Shown: one piece after another, positions 22,525 to 33,963 of the stretch
Position numbering within the stretch: position 1 is the first letter of the stretch
How the letters are laid out: each line of letters opens with the position of its first letter
NCBI GenBank assembly: GCA_039829965.1
Contig: CP139909.1
Location: forward strand, 183,962-247,961
DNA: 64,000 nt
Direction of reading: 5' to 3'
From: Buchnera aphidicola (Chaetogeoica yunlongensis)
Lineage (GTDB): Bacteria > Pseudomonadota > Gammaproteobacteria > Enterobacterales > Enterobacteriaceae
Made by a program: the position numbers and the translations under genes
The notes under the pieces: model-generated
What the model saw: the letters and a program-made list of their open reading frames with translations, nothing else
What the model was told of the DNA's origin: nothing
The model's database searches: none

Positions 22525-22752
22525 ATTCTTTGTGGTGAGTTTTTAAAAATTTTATATATGATTTATATATCATACTAAATTTATTAATTTTATTTTTTTA
22601 GAATTTGAGTATAAAAGTTAAAATATTTTAAAATAAATTATAAAATGATTGTTTTTAGATATTTTAAATATATTAGATAGTTTATTAATTTATATTATTT
22701 ATTTAAAGTTTTATTTTAAGAATAAGAATAAGTAACTTTAATATAATAATGG

Positions 22753-23844
22753 GTGCCTAGTGTGTTTAAAATAAATTTAAAATGGAATGTAAAAATTTTT
22801 TGTTTATTTTTTATTTTTTTGTTGGTAATAATTTTATATGGAATTTATTTAGATTTGAAAATTAATATATTATTATGTGATAAAATATGGAAAGTACCAG
22901 TTTCAGCTTATAGTAGGATTATTACCTTAAAAGTAGGTGATTGTTATAATAAAAATGAAATTGTCTTAATGTTAAAAAATAATCGATATAAACAAGTTAG
23001 TTATTTGTCTATGTCTGGAGAATTTTTAGTATATGAACATTCTCTAATTTTAATTAGGAGATCTTTTTATTTTTTAAATGGTTTTGAAAAAAAAATAGTT
23101 GTTAAATTGATTTTTAACAAAAATAAATTAGTTAAAATTATAAATTTATCTCAAAATAAAATTTTTAATGAATTACGATTAGATTCTCAATTAATTTCTA
23201 TGATAAAAGTTTTTAAAGGAGAAAAATATTTATTTTTATCTAAAAATAATTTTCCTAAAATATTAATTAAATCTTTATTAGCCATTGAAGATAAAGATTT
23301 TTATAATCATAGTGGAATAAGTTTATATGCTATTTTTAGAGCTTTCTTAACAAATATAGTTTTTGGTCATATAATGCAGGGTGGTAGTACATTAACTCAG
23401 CAATTGATTAAAAATTTATTTTTAACTAATGCACGTACTGTATGGAGAAAATTTAATGAGATATATATGGCGTTAATTTTAGATTTTAAATATAGTAAAA
23501 ATAGAATACTTGAATTATATTTAAATGAAATTTATTTAGGACAAAGTGGAAATAAACAGATTCGTGGATTTCCTTTAGCAAGTATTTATTATTTTGATCG
23601 ACCTATTAATGAGTTGAGGCTGGATCAATATGCTTTATTAGTAGGTATGGTAAAAGGTGCTTCATTATATAATCCTTTTAAGAATCCAGAATTAACGTTA
23701 TATCGTAGAAACAGAGTGCTGTGTTTGTTATTTCAACAAAACATTATTGATAGGTATTTATTTGATAAATTTAGAATTAAACCTTTGGATATAAAATCTA
23801 ACAAATTTGTTTTTTGGAATTTTGATGATTTACATCAATTTTAG
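22753..23844 (+). CDS. mrcB: penicillin-binding protein 1B, truncated: TM anchor, UB2H-like region and GT51 glycosyltransferase domain only
   Basis: 363 aa against about 844 in E. coli. All GT51 motifs are intact (EDKDFYNHSG, GGSTLTQQL, RKFNEIYMAL, KNRILELYLNEIYLG, RRNRVLCLL). The ORF stops (TAG 23842) where the transpeptidase half should begin. The GTG start is uncertain. Confidence 0.85.
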   Translation: MPSVFKINLKWNVKIFCLFFIFLLVIILYGIYLDLKINILLCDKIWKVPVSAYSRIITLKVGDCYNKNEIVLMLKNNRYKQVSYLSMSGEFLVYEHSLILIRRSFYFLNGFEKKIVVKLIFNKNKLVKIINLSQNKIFNELRLDSQLISMIKVFKGEKYLFLSKNNFPKILIKSLLAIEDKDFYNHSGISLYAIFRAFLTNIVFGHIMQGGSTLTQQLIKNLFLTNARTVWRKFNEIYMALILDFKYSKNRILELYLNEIYLGQSGNKQIRGFPLASIYYFDRPINELRLDQYALLVGMVKGASLYNPFKNPELTLYRRNRVLCLLFQQNIIDRYLFDKFRIKPLDIKSNKFVFWNFDDLHQF

Positions 23845-24133
23845 AAACAGATTTTTATTAGATAATAACATATGGTATTAAAAAGTGTTAGGAAGTTAAT
23901 TTTTTTTTATTATCTGAGATGTAAGAGCTAAAATATTAATAGAGAGTATTTTAAGAAATTGCATAATTAGATTAAATAAAGAAAAATTTAAAAAAATAGT
24001 TGTATCTAAAAATATAATTGATAAAGTTAGTGGATAATTTAAATTTATTTTGGAAGGGTATATTTTTAATATTAATAAAAATTATTATTTTAATAATTAC
24101 TATAATTCATTTATTAAAATATTTTTAAATTGA
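23845..24133 (+). pseudogene. mrcB: eroded remnant of the mrcB transpeptidase domain
   Basis: In frame with the ORF, 23845-23931 reads KQIFIR**HMVLKSVRKLIFFYYLRCKS*, collinear with E. coli ..QLVRQELQAKLGDKVKDLSGVKIFTTFD. A second frame, 23996-24133, reads IVVSKNIIDKVSG*FKFILEGYIFNINKNYYFNNYYNSFIKIFLN*. This resembles the class A PBP hallmark ..IVVVDRFSGEVRAMVGG..(19 aa)..SLAKP, including an SxxK-like SFIK at about the right spacing. Confidence 0.55.
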
Positions 24134-25264
24134 TTTTTTATTTTAATTTATACTATTGAAAAATAATTTTTTTAAAATAATATTTTAGGTAGTGAAATTT
24201 TAAATAATTTTTAATATAGAATATTATAGAATAACGTGTATAAAAATTTTAGTATATTTATTAAAAAATTACATTAATTTTTCTAATTTGAATTTTTCAT
24301 ATTAGTAAATTTTGAAACAAATAATGAACAATCATTTTTTATTAAAAAATATTTAGATATCATATTTTTTTTATCGTTTCTAAAATCTATAAATTCAATT
24401 TTAATGATTTTGTTTAATTTTTTAAATTTGTTTTTAATAAATACAGAATTGTAAATTTTAAATTTATTCAATGTTGTACTATCTTAAAATAGTCATTTAT
24501 TATATATTTATATTTAAATAATATTTGGTTAAAGTAGTTACTGAATGTGGATATATTATGTATTATTAAATTTATTATTCAATGTTTTATTACTAAAAAA
24601 TGAGTATATAGCACTTAATAACAAATGTATTTTTTTTAGTAAATTATAAAATTGTGATTTTAATTAATTATTGGTTAATTATATGTTGATTTGTAAAATA
24701 TTAGTTTTTTTTCTATTTTGATGTGAAATAATAATTAATTTATTTCATTTTATTTTTTTTATTTTTAAAATAAAAATTTTGGTAAATTATTATATTTGAA
24801 GACTTAATGAATATTTGTCATTATTCATTATGTTTATAAATTTTTTATTCTGTATTTTTTTATATTAAATGCAAGCTTTGCAACAAGATTTAATTTATTT
24901 AAAAATATAAAATAAATTTTATATAGATATTATTTTTTATATAATATTTATTTTTTTTGATTATTTATAGATAATTTATTAAGTATAATTTTATAATTAA
25001 TTTATTTTTAGTTTGTTTAAAAAACATATAAATTTTTAATAATTTTTTAATATTAAATATTTTTAATTTTTATATATTGAATTTTAATTTACAATTTTAT
25101 TCAATATAAAATAATTTTATGTTTATATTTTTGTAAAAAACAATAAAGTTAGGCTATGTAATTTATGCATAATTTTATCATATGAATATATTCTTATAAA
25201 TTAATTATATTGGTATATATAATAAATATGATTTGGAAAATATTTTAGATATGAGTATTTTAAT

Positions 25265-27775
25265 ATGATGAAAAAATTTTTTAGAAAGTTATTTATTAAT
25301 AGAAATGATAGAATATTAAAAAATCTTGAAAAAATTGTTTATAAAATTAATAGTATAGAATGTAATTTCAAAAAATTATCAGATTTAGAATTAAAAGAAA
25401 AAACATATCAATTTCGTACACGTTTGAAACATGGAGAAACTTTAGATGAGTTACTTCCTGAATCTTTCGCAACAGTAAGAGAAGCTAGTAAGCGTATATT
25501 TGGTATGCGTCATTTTGATGTTCAGTTGGTAGGAGGTATAGTACTTCATCAAAGATGTATAGCTGAAATGCAAACTGGAGAAGGTAAAACTTTAACTTCA
25601 ACATTGCCAATTTATTTGAATGCACTACAAAAGGAAGGTGTTCATATTGTAACTATGAATGATTATTTAGCTAAACGAGATGCTGAAAAAAATAGTATTT
25701 TATTTAATTTTTTAGGTTTAACTGTTGGTGTTAACGTATCTGGGTTATCCTCTGTATTAAAAAAATTGGCTTATAATGCAGATATAACTTATGGAACTAA
25801 CAATGAATTTTGCTTTGATTATTTAAGAGATAATATGGTTTTTTCTAGTAAAGACAAAGTTCAAAGAGAATTAAATTATGCACTTGTAGATGAAGTGGAT
25901 TCTATTTTAATTGACGAATCTAGAACTCCTTTAGTAATTTCTGGATTTATTGAAGATGATTTGGAATTATACGTAAAAATTAATAAAATTGTTCCAATTT
26001 TATTGAGTCAAGAAAAAGAAGATTCAGATGAATTTATTGGAAAGGGACATTTTTATATTGATGAAAAACAACGTCAAGTATTTTTAACAGAAAGAGGATT
26101 GATTAAAATAGAAGAGTGGTTAATAGGTGCAAAATTAATAAAAACTCGAGAATCTTTATACACTGCTAAAAAAATATCTTTAATGAATGGTATAATTTCT
26201 GCTTTACGAGCTAATTATTTATTTTTTAAAAATATTGACTATATAGTTAAAAATAATGAAATAGTAATTGTAGATGAGCATACAGGAAGAACAATGGAAG
26301 GTAGAAGATGGTCTGATGGATTGCATCAAGCTATAGAGGCTAAAGAAGGAGTAGAAATAAAACATGAGAATCAAACATTAGCATCTATTACTTTTCAAAA
26401 TTATTTTCGTTTATATAATAAATTATCAGGTATGACTGGAACTGCTATTACTGAAGAGTTTGAGTTTCGTTCAATTTATGATTTAGATACGGTAGTTATT
26501 CCAACTAATTCCCCTATGATAAGAAAGGATATGCCTGATTTAGTGTATATGACTGAATTAGAAAAGATTGACGCAATTATAGAAGATATTAAAAACTGTT
26601 TTAAACGAAAACAACCAGTATTAGTAGGTACTGTATCGATTGAAAAATCAGAATTTATTTCTAAAAAATTATCTCAATTAAAAATAAAACATAATGTACT
26701 TAATGCTAAATACCATGCAAAAGAAGCTGAAATCATTTCTCAAGCGGGAAAATTACAAGCAATTACTATTGCAACTAATATGGCAGGTAGAGGTACAGAT
26801 ATAGTATTAGGAGGAAATTTAGATTTTTCTGTATTAAAACAGACGTCTTATAATGATACAAAATTAAAAGATAAAATTAGTAAATGGCAGAAAGAACATG
26901 ATTTAGTATTACAATCTGGTGGTTTACATATTATAGGTACTGAGAGGCATGAATCGCGTAGAATTGATAATCAATTAAGAGGTAGATCCGGTCGTCAAGG
27001 AGATCCTGGTTCATCTCGTTTTTATTTATCTATGGAAGATTCTTTATTGAGGATTTTTATTTCTGAACGTATTATAAACATTATGAGAGCAATAGGAATA
27101 AAAAGTGGTGAAGCAATTACGCATCCATTTGTTACTAAAGCTATTTTAAACGCTCAGGAAAAAGTTGAAAGTCGTAATTTTGATTTAAGAAAACAATTAT
27201 TAGATTATGATAATGTATTTAATGATCAAAGAAAAGTATTTTATTATATTCGTAATTATATAATAAATTCAACACATATTTATATTCATAGTGTTATAAA
27301 AAATATTTATAATGATGTGGTATCTAAAATTATAGATGGTTTTATAAAAAAAGAATTAATAAAAGACTCTCTACAAATTTTAGAACTAGAAGTTTATCTA
27401 AAACAGAAATATCAAATACTATGTTGTGTTTTTAATCGATTTAAAAATAATGTTGCTATCTATAAATCGGATATAATAAGTTTTATCGTTCAAATAATGT
27501 ATGATAAATATAGAAAAAAAATTAGTACACTTAATAAAAATGATGTTCATGAATATGAAAGGTTGATTTTGTTAGAATCTTTAGATTATTTTTGGCAAGA
27601 GCATTTATCTGCTATGGAATATTTACGTCAAAGTATTCATTTAAGAGGTTATGCTCAAAAAGATCCTAAACAGGAATATAAACGAGAATCTTTTTTTATG
27701 TTTGAAAGCATGTTAAAATCTATTAGGTATGAAATATTTTCTATTTTATCAGACGTCAATGTTTTTAAAAATTAA
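25265..27775 (+). CDS. secA: preprotein translocase ATPase SecA (lacks the C-terminal tail and zinc-binding domain)
   Basis: 836 aa, collinear with E. coli SecA from ..[13 protein letters not shown].. through ..[19 protein letters not shown].. It ends shortly after, where E. coli continues for roughly 65 more residues including CPCGSGKKYKQCHG. Confidence 0.96.
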   Translation: MMKKFFRKLFINRNDRILKNLEKIVYKINSIECNFKKLSDLELKEKTYQFRTRLKHGETLDELLPESFATVREASKRIFGMRHFDVQLVGGIVLHQRCIAEMQTGEGKTLTSTLPIYLNALQKEGVHIVTMNDYLAKRDAEKNSILFNFLGLTVGVNVSGLSSVLKKLAYNADITYGTNNEFCFDYLRDNMVFSSKDKVQRELNYALVDEVDSILIDESRTPLVISGFIEDDLELYVKINKIVPILLSQEKEDSDEFIGKGHFYIDEKQRQVFLTERGLIKIEEWLIGAKLIKTRESLYTAKKISLMNGIISALRANYLFFKNIDYIVKNNEIVIVDEHTGRTMEGRRWSDGLHQAIEAKEGVEIKHENQTLASITFQNYFRLYNKLSGMTGTAITEEFEFRSIYDLDTVVIPTNSPMIRKDMPDLVYMTELEKIDAIIEDIKNCFKRKQPVLVGTVSIEKSEFISKKLSQLKIKHNVLNAKYHAKEAEIISQAGKLQAITIATNMAGRGTDIVLGGNLDFSVLKQTSYNDTKLKDKISKWQKEHDLVLQSGGLHIIGTERHESRRIDNQLRGRSGRQGDPGSSRFYLSMEDSLLRIFISERIINIMRAIGIKSGEAITHPFVTKAILNAQEKVESRNFDLRKQLLDYDNVFNDQRKVFYYIRNYIINSTHIYIHSVIKNIYNDVVSKIIDGFIKKELIKDSLQILELEVYLKQKYQILCCVFNRFKNNVAIYKSDIISFIVQIMYDKYRKKISTLNKNDVHEYERLILLESLDYFWQEHLSAMEYLRQSIHLRGYAQKDPKQEYKRESFFMFESMLKSIRYEIFSILSDVNVFKN

Positions 27776-28486
27776 ATTAATAATATTTAATGATCTTTTT
27801 AATAAAATATGTTTTTTATAAAACAAAGGTTAATACTTGTTTGTAAATTTTGTTAAAAAATTTTTAATAATTATTTATATTTTTTAAATTATTTATGGAT
27901 TAGTTTTTAGTATAGTGTTAAATTTGAAGAATAATACAAAAATTTTTATTTTTAAACATTTACTATTTGTTATGTAAGTTAATTCTTAATTCATCTCCCA
28001 TCATAAATTATTTTCAATAAAATAACTAAGTATTATTTTCAAATTCAATAATATATTATTGATTTATTCTTATTTTTTTAAATTAATATTTTATTGTTTT
28101 ATAAAATTTTTGTTTGTTTTATTTATGTTTGTATTTTAATAAAATAAGAATTTTGATGTAAAGTATAATATTTAACATTTATGAATTTACTGATATTTAA
28201 TTTTTATTGCTCTATATTTTTGTTTTTATATATTTTGTGTTTTAAGTGTATGTGTAGTTTGATTTTTGTGTTAATTATTTAAATATTATATCAAATTATT
28301 TTAAATTTTATACTTTTAATTAATTTCAATTAAATTATTTAATATAAATTTTGTAATTTTAATTTTAGAAATGTTTTATTGAAATTTTCAAGTATTTTTT
28401 AATTATTAAAGATTATAATTGTGAGTATTTTACCTGTTTAGTGTTTTTAAATGATGTATTTTTCAAAAAGAGATAAATGAAAAGAT

Positions 28487-29536
28487 ATGCGTATTGAAGA
28501 GGATATTAAATTAGGTTTTAAAGATGTATTAATTAGGCCTAAAAGATCTATATTAAATAGTAGATCTCAAGTTGATTTGACACGTAATTTTATATTTAAA
28601 AATTCTAAGAAACAGTGGTTAGGAATTCCTCTTATTGCTTCTAATATGGATACTATTGGTACTTTTAAAATGGCTGAAGTGTTATCGTCTTTTGGTATAT
28701 TAACAGCTATTCATAAATATTATTCTTATTGTAGTTGGAAAAATTTTATTAATAATACTTCTACTAAAGTAGTAAAGCATGTAATGGTATCTACTGGTAT
28801 GTTAGATGAAGATTTTTTAAAATTAAAAAAAATTTTATCGTTATCTTCTTATTTGCAATATATTTGTATAGATGTAGCAAATGGATATTCTGAGAAATTT
28901 GTAACTTTTTTAAAAAAAATTAGAGAATGTTTTCAGGATAAAATTATATGTGCAGGGAATGTAGTTACTGTAGAAATGGTTGAAGAATTAATTTTATCTG
29001 GTGCTGATATAGTTAAAGTAGGTCTTGGTCCTGGATCTGTGTGTACTACACGTGTTAAAACGGCTATAGGATATCCTCAATTATCTGCTGTTATTGAATG
29101 TTCAGATGCGGCACATGGTTTAGGGGGACAAATTATTAGTGATGGAGGATGCATTGTATCAGGAGATATTGCAAAGGCTTTTGGTGGAGGAGCTGATTTT
29201 GTAATGTTAGGAGGTATGTTAGCAGGACATAGAGAATGTGAAGGTGTTGTTTTTGAAGAAGATAATAAACAATATATGGTTTTTTATGGAATGAGTTCTA
29301 AATCTGCTATGGATCGTCATATTGGTGGTGTGGCTAGATATAGAACTCCGGAAGGTAAAACAGTAAAAGTATTATTTCGTGGTTCTGTAAAGAAAACTAT
29401 TAGTGATATTTTAGGTGGTTTACGTTCTACTTGTACTTATGTTGGTGCTTTCACTTTAAAAGAATTAACAAAACGAACAACTTTTATAAAAGTTTCAGAA
29501 CAAGAAAATATGATATTTAATAATCAAGAAATATAA
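28487..29536 (+). CDS. guaC: GMP reductase
   Basis: 349 aa. [63 protein letters not shown] is collinear with E. coli GuaC. Confidence 0.95.
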   Translation: MRIEEDIKLGFKDVLIRPKRSILNSRSQVDLTRNFIFKNSKKQWLGIPLIASNMDTIGTFKMAEVLSSFGILTAIHKYYSYCSWKNFINNTSTKVVKHVMVSTGMLDEDFLKLKKILSLSSYLQYICIDVANGYSEKFVTFLKKIRECFQDKIICAGNVVTVEMVEELILSGADIVKVGLGPGSVCTTRVKTAIGYPQLSAVIECSDAAHGLGGQIISDGGCIVSGDIAKAFGGGADFVMLGGMLAGHRECEGVVFEEDNKQYMVFYGMSSKSAMDRHIGGVARYRTPEGKTVKVLFRGSVKKTISDILGGLRSTCTYVGAFTLKELTKRTTFIKVSEQENMIFNNQEI

Positions 29537-29880
29537 AATTAATTTTTTTAGTCAAATTTTTTATAGAAATATGTAACTTTTGTATATTTAATTTTATGTT
29601 TAATATTTTTATGTAAATTTCAATATCTATTATTTTTATTTTTGATGAGTAATCGAAAAATAAAAACTGAATTTTTATTGATATTTTATATAACAGAATA
29701 TATGGATATCTTAAATTTTTTGTAAAGATAGTTAATGGTATAATTTAATTAAGTAACAATATTTTGTATATTATGTTAAATAGTTTTTATTTTTTTAAGT
29801 CAAAATATAAAAATTTAGAATATAGAAATTAAATTAGATTAATAAATAAATTTGCTAAAATAATTAATAAGGAATATTTT

Positions 29881-32544
29881 ATGATAGAGTATTTGTCAGA
29901 GGATATAGATCCACTTGAAACACATGAATGGATAGAATCTATTGAATCAGTTATTTCAAAGGAAGGTTTAGATAGAGCTGTTTTTATTTTTACTGCTGTC
30001 AGTAAATTTTTATCTAAGAAGGGTATTAAGGTTATTACAGATAATGCTGGAGAAAATTATATTAATACTATACCAGTAGAGTTAGAGCCTAAATATCCAG
30101 GAGATTTGTATATAGAGTATAAAATACGTTCTGTTATTCGTTGGAATGCTATAATGATGGTATTAAGAGCTTCAAAAAAGAATTTAGAATTGGGAGGACA
30201 TTTGTCTTCTTTTCAATCAGCAGCGACTATTTATGAAGTATGCTTTAATCATTTTTTTCGTGGAGTTAATGAAAAAGATGGTGGAGATTTGGTGTATTTT
30301 CAAGGCCACATTTCACCTGGAATTTATTCTCGAGCTTTTATTGAAGGAAGATTTAGTGAAGAACAGTTAGATAATTTTAGACAAGAAATTGGAGGTTTGG
30401 GTTTATCTTCTTATCCACATCCTAAATTAATGCCAAAATTTTGGCAATTTCCTACTGTTTCTATGGGATTAAGTTCTGTATGTGCGATTTATCAAGCTAA
30501 ATTTTTAAAATATTTACAGCATAGAAATTTACAGGATACTCAGAACAAAAAAGTTTATGCATTTTTAGGAGATGGTGAAATGGATGAACCTGAATCAAAA
30601 GGAGTTATTTCTATTGCTGCACGTGAAAAATTAGATAATTTAATATTTATTGTAAATTGTAATTTGCAAAGATTAGATGGTCCAGTTATAGGTAATGGTA
30701 AAGTTATTTCTGAATTAGAAAATGTATTTAAAGGATGTGGTTGGGAAGTTATTAAAGTAATTTGGGGTAGTAAATGGGATATTTTGTTTAAAAAGGATGT
30801 TAGCGGAAAATTAATAGAATTAATGAACGAAACTTTAGATGGAGATTATCAAACATATAAATCTAAAAATGGTGCTTATATAAGAAAACATTTTTTTGGA
30901 AAGTATATAGAAACGAGACGTTTAGTAGAGGATATGTCAGATGAACAAATTTGGAATTTAGATAGAGGAGGTCATGATTCTAAGAAAATTTATGCAGCTC
31001 TTAAAAAAGCTAATTCTGTTAAAGAAAAACCAGTAATAATATTAATGCATACGGTTAAAGGATATGGAATGGGAGATATTGCAGAAGGTAAAAATATAGC
31101 TCATCAAATCAAAAAAATAGATATTAATGGTCTAATTCATATTAAAAATAGGTTTAAAATTCCAGTAAAGAATCATGAAATTGAATCATTACCGTATGTA
31201 TCTTTTGATATTAATAGTAAAGAACATAGGTATCTTCATGAACGTAGAAAAATATTAGGTGGATATCTTCCTACGAGATTATCTAATTTTACTAATACTA
31301 TTGTTTTACCTGAATTGAGTGATTTTAATTCTTTGTTAGAAAAACAAAGAAAAGAAATTTCTACTACTGTAGTATTTATTCGTATATTGAATATTTTATT
31401 AAGAAATACTTTTATTAAAAACAGAATTGTTCCAATAGTTGCAGACGAAGCACGTACATTTGGGATGGAAGGATTGTTTCAAAAAATAGGAATTTATAGT
31501 TTTAATGGACAAAAATATATACCTCAAGATAAAGAATTATTTTCTTATTATAAAGAGGATAAGCAAGGACAAATTTTACAGGAAGGAATAAATGAATTAG
31601 GAGCTGCTGCTTCTTGGTTAGCTGCTGCTACATCTTATAGTACAAATAATTTTCCTATGATTCCGTTTTATATTTTTTATTCTATTTTTGGATTTCAAAG
31701 AATTGGTGATTTATTTTGGGCTGCAGGGGATCAACAGGCAAGAGGGTTTTTAATAGGAGGTACTTCGGGAAAAACTACATTAAATGGAGAGGGATTACAA
31801 CATGGTGATGGGCATAGTCATATTCAAGCATTAACTATTCCCAACTGTATATCGTACAATCCTTCTTATGCTTATGAACTTGCTGTAATTATAAATGATG
31901 GTTTGAATAGAATGTATGGTTCTAATCAAGAAAATATTTATTATTATATTACAACGATGAATGAAAGTTATTTAATGCCAGGTATGTTGGATAATATTAA
32001 TGAGGGTATTTGTAAAGGAATTTATAGATTAAAATGTTTTGGTAAAACTAATATTAAGGTTCAAATATTAGGTTCTGGTTCTATACTTCAATGTGTATTG
32101 CGAGCATCGAAAATTTTATTAAAAAATTATGATATAGGATCAGAAGTATATAGTGTAACTTCATTTACTGAGTTAGCTAGAAATGGACAAGATTGCGAAA
32201 GATGGAATTTATTACATCCAACGAAAGAAAAAAAAGTTCCTTTTATTTCTAAAAGTATGAGTAAATTACCAGCTATTGCTGTAACTGATTATATGAAATT
32301 ATTTGCTGAACAAGTTAGAGCTTATGTTCCTTCAATAAGCTATCGCGTTTTAGGAACGGATGGATTTGGACGTTCTGATAGTCGTCCAAAATTGCGCAGT
32401 TATTTTGAAATTGATGAGCATTATATAGTTCTTGCTGTTCTCGGAGAATTATCAAAACTTGGGAGTGTGGATAACAATACTATTGTTAACGCGATAAATC
32501 GGTTCAATATTGATATAGACAAAATTAACCCGCGTTTAGCATAG
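29881..32544 (+). CDS. aceE: pyruvate dehydrogenase E1 component
   Basis: 887 aa, the same length as E. coli AceE. ..DPLETHEWIESIESVI..IRWNAIMMVLRASKK..LGGH.. is collinear. Confidence 0.97.
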   Translation: MIEYLSEDIDPLETHEWIESIESVISKEGLDRAVFIFTAVSKFLSKKGIKVITDNAGENYINTIPVELEPKYPGDLYIEYKIRSVIRWNAIMMVLRASKKNLELGGHLSSFQSAATIYEVCFNHFFRGVNEKDGGDLVYFQGHISPGIYSRAFIEGRFSEEQLDNFRQEIGGLGLSSYPHPKLMPKFWQFPTVSMGLSSVCAIYQAKFLKYLQHRNLQDTQNKKVYAFLGDGEMDEPESKGVISIAAREKLDNLIFIVNCNLQRLDGPVIGNGKVISELENVFKGCGWEVIKVIWGSKWDILFKKDVSGKLIELMNETLDGDYQTYKSKNGAYIRKHFFGKYIETRRLVEDMSDEQIWNLDRGGHDSKKIYAALKKANSVKEKPVIILMHTVKGYGMGDIAEGKNIAHQIKKIDINGLIHIKNRFKIPVKNHEIESLPYVSFDINSKEHRYLHERRKILGGYLPTRLSNFTNTIVLPELSDFNSLLEKQRKEISTTVVFIRILNILLRNTFIKNRIVPIVADEARTFGMEGLFQKIGIYSFNGQKYIPQDKELFSYYKEDKQGQILQEGINELGAAASWLAAATSYSTNNFPMIPFYIFYSIFGFQRIGDLFWAAGDQQARGFLIGGTSGKTTLNGEGLQHGDGHSHIQALTIPNCISYNPSYAYELAVIINDGLNRMYGSNQENIYYYITTMNESYLMPGMLDNINEGICKGIYRLKCFGKTNIKVQILGSGSILQCVLRASKILLKNYDIGSEVYSVTSFTELARNGQDCERWNLLHPTKEKKVPFISKSMSKLPAIAVTDYMKLFAEQVRAYVPSISYRVLGTDGFGRSDSRPKLRSYFEIDEHYIVLAVLGELSKLGSVDNNTIVNAINRFNIDIDKINPRLA

Positions 32545-32556
32545 GAGTAAAAATTA

Positions 32557-33810
32557 ATGGATATTGAAGTTAAAATGCCTGAACTTGGTATAGAATTAGT
32601 AGAAGTTGTTGAGATTTTAGTAAAAATTGGAGATCAAGTTAAAAAAAATGATTCAATAATTACAGTTGAGGGACAAAAAGCATCAATCGAAATACCAACT
32701 TTGCATTCAGGAAAAATTAAGGATATAAAAGTACATGTGGGAAGTAAAATAGCAACTGGTGGACTAATTTTAATATTAAATAATTTAGATTCTTCACGAT
32801 TAAATAAAAATTCATTATTATCTTCTGAACATAGTGTTAGTAAATATGTTAGTTCAAAGGAAAAAGACATAACATGTAATGATACTAATAAGAATTATGT
32901 TGTGTATGCTAGTCCAATAGTTCGTCGTTTGGCTAGAAAATATGATATAAAATTAGAGAACGTCGTAGGTAGTGGTAGAAAATTTAGAATTTTAAAAGAA
33001 GATGTAATTTTTTATCGTAATAAATCACAAAAACAACAAAATAAGCGTAATTATGCAGATAATAATAAAAAAATGAATTATCATGGTGATAATAATGTCA
33101 TTGATGATTTGTCGAAGAATATTGAATTAACTAAAATACAAAGAATTTCTAGTGAAAATTTACTTTCAAGTTGGTTAACAATTCCACATGTCACACAATT
33201 TGATGAGTCGGATATTACTGAATTAGATATTTTTAGAAAAAAATATAATGATAGTTTATCGGATACTTCTAAAAAATTGACTATTTTAGTTTTTGTTATA
33301 AAAGCTGTTGCTGTTGCATTAGAAAAATTTTCTAAATTTAATAGTCGTTTATTGATTAAAAAAGATAGAAGTTTTTTAGTACAAAATAACAGTATAAATA
33401 TAGGTATTGCGGTTAATACGAATCAAGGATTATTAGTTCCTGTGATTAGTCATGTAAATAAAAAACGTATTTTTAATTTATTTTCTGAAATGTGTATTTT
33501 ATTGGATAATGCTCGTTTAGGGAAAATAAATTTTTCGGATGTTCAAGTAAAGAGTAGTTTTACAGTATCTAATTTGGGTGGAATAGGAGGTACATATTTT
33601 ACGCCAATTATAAATTATCCTGAATTAGCAATTTTAGGTATTTCTAGAACTTCAATTAAACCATATTGGAACAATGATCGTTTTATTCCAAAATTGTTTT
33701 TACCTTTATCGTTGTCTTATGATCATCGTGCTATTGATGGGGTAGAAGCTGCTAAATTCATTACTTTTATAAGTAATGTTTTATCTGATATTCGTTTATT
33801 GTTAATGTAA
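32557..33810 (+). CDS. aceF: dihydrolipoyllysine acetyltransferase (PDH E2), single lipoyl domain
   Basis: 417 aa. It has one lipoyl domain (..ITVEGQKASIEIP..), one E3-binding domain (ASPIVRRLARKYDIKL) and a catalytic domain with SYDHRAIDG. E. coli has three lipoyl domains. Confidence 0.93.
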   Translation: MDIEVKMPELGIELVEVVEILVKIGDQVKKNDSIITVEGQKASIEIPTLHSGKIKDIKVHVGSKIATGGLILILNNLDSSRLNKNSLLSSEHSVSKYVSSKEKDITCNDTNKNYVVYASPIVRRLARKYDIKLENVVGSGRKFRILKEDVIFYRNKSQKQQNKRNYADNNKKMNYHGDNNVIDDLSKNIELTKIQRISSENLLSSWLTIPHVTQFDESDITELDIFRKKYNDSLSDTSKKLTILVFVIKAVAVALEKFSKFNSRLLIKKDRSFLVQNNSINIGIAVNTNQGLLVPVISHVNKKRIFNLFSEMCILLDNARLGKINFSDVQVKSSFTVSNLGGIGGTYFTPIINYPELAILGISRTSIKPYWNNDRFIPKLFLPLSLSYDHRAIDGVEAAKFITFISNVLSDIRLLLM

Positions 33811-33963
33811 CGTGAGATTATAACTATGAAAAAATTATTTTTCTTATTATATATTATATTTATGTAATTTTTGTCTTTTTGATAAAGAAGTATTAGAGAT
33901 CTATATTCCTATAGATAGTTGTACTAAATTAATCACAACATAACTATATTAAATAGGTAGATA

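Noticed and set aside
24283-24471. 62-aa minus-strand ORF in the mrcB-secA spacer (MNKFKIYNSVFIKNKFKKLNKIIK..).
   Set aside because: Pure Asn/Lys/Phe/Ile low complexity, no SD and no similarity I recognise. It sits within what looks like eroded mrcB sequence.
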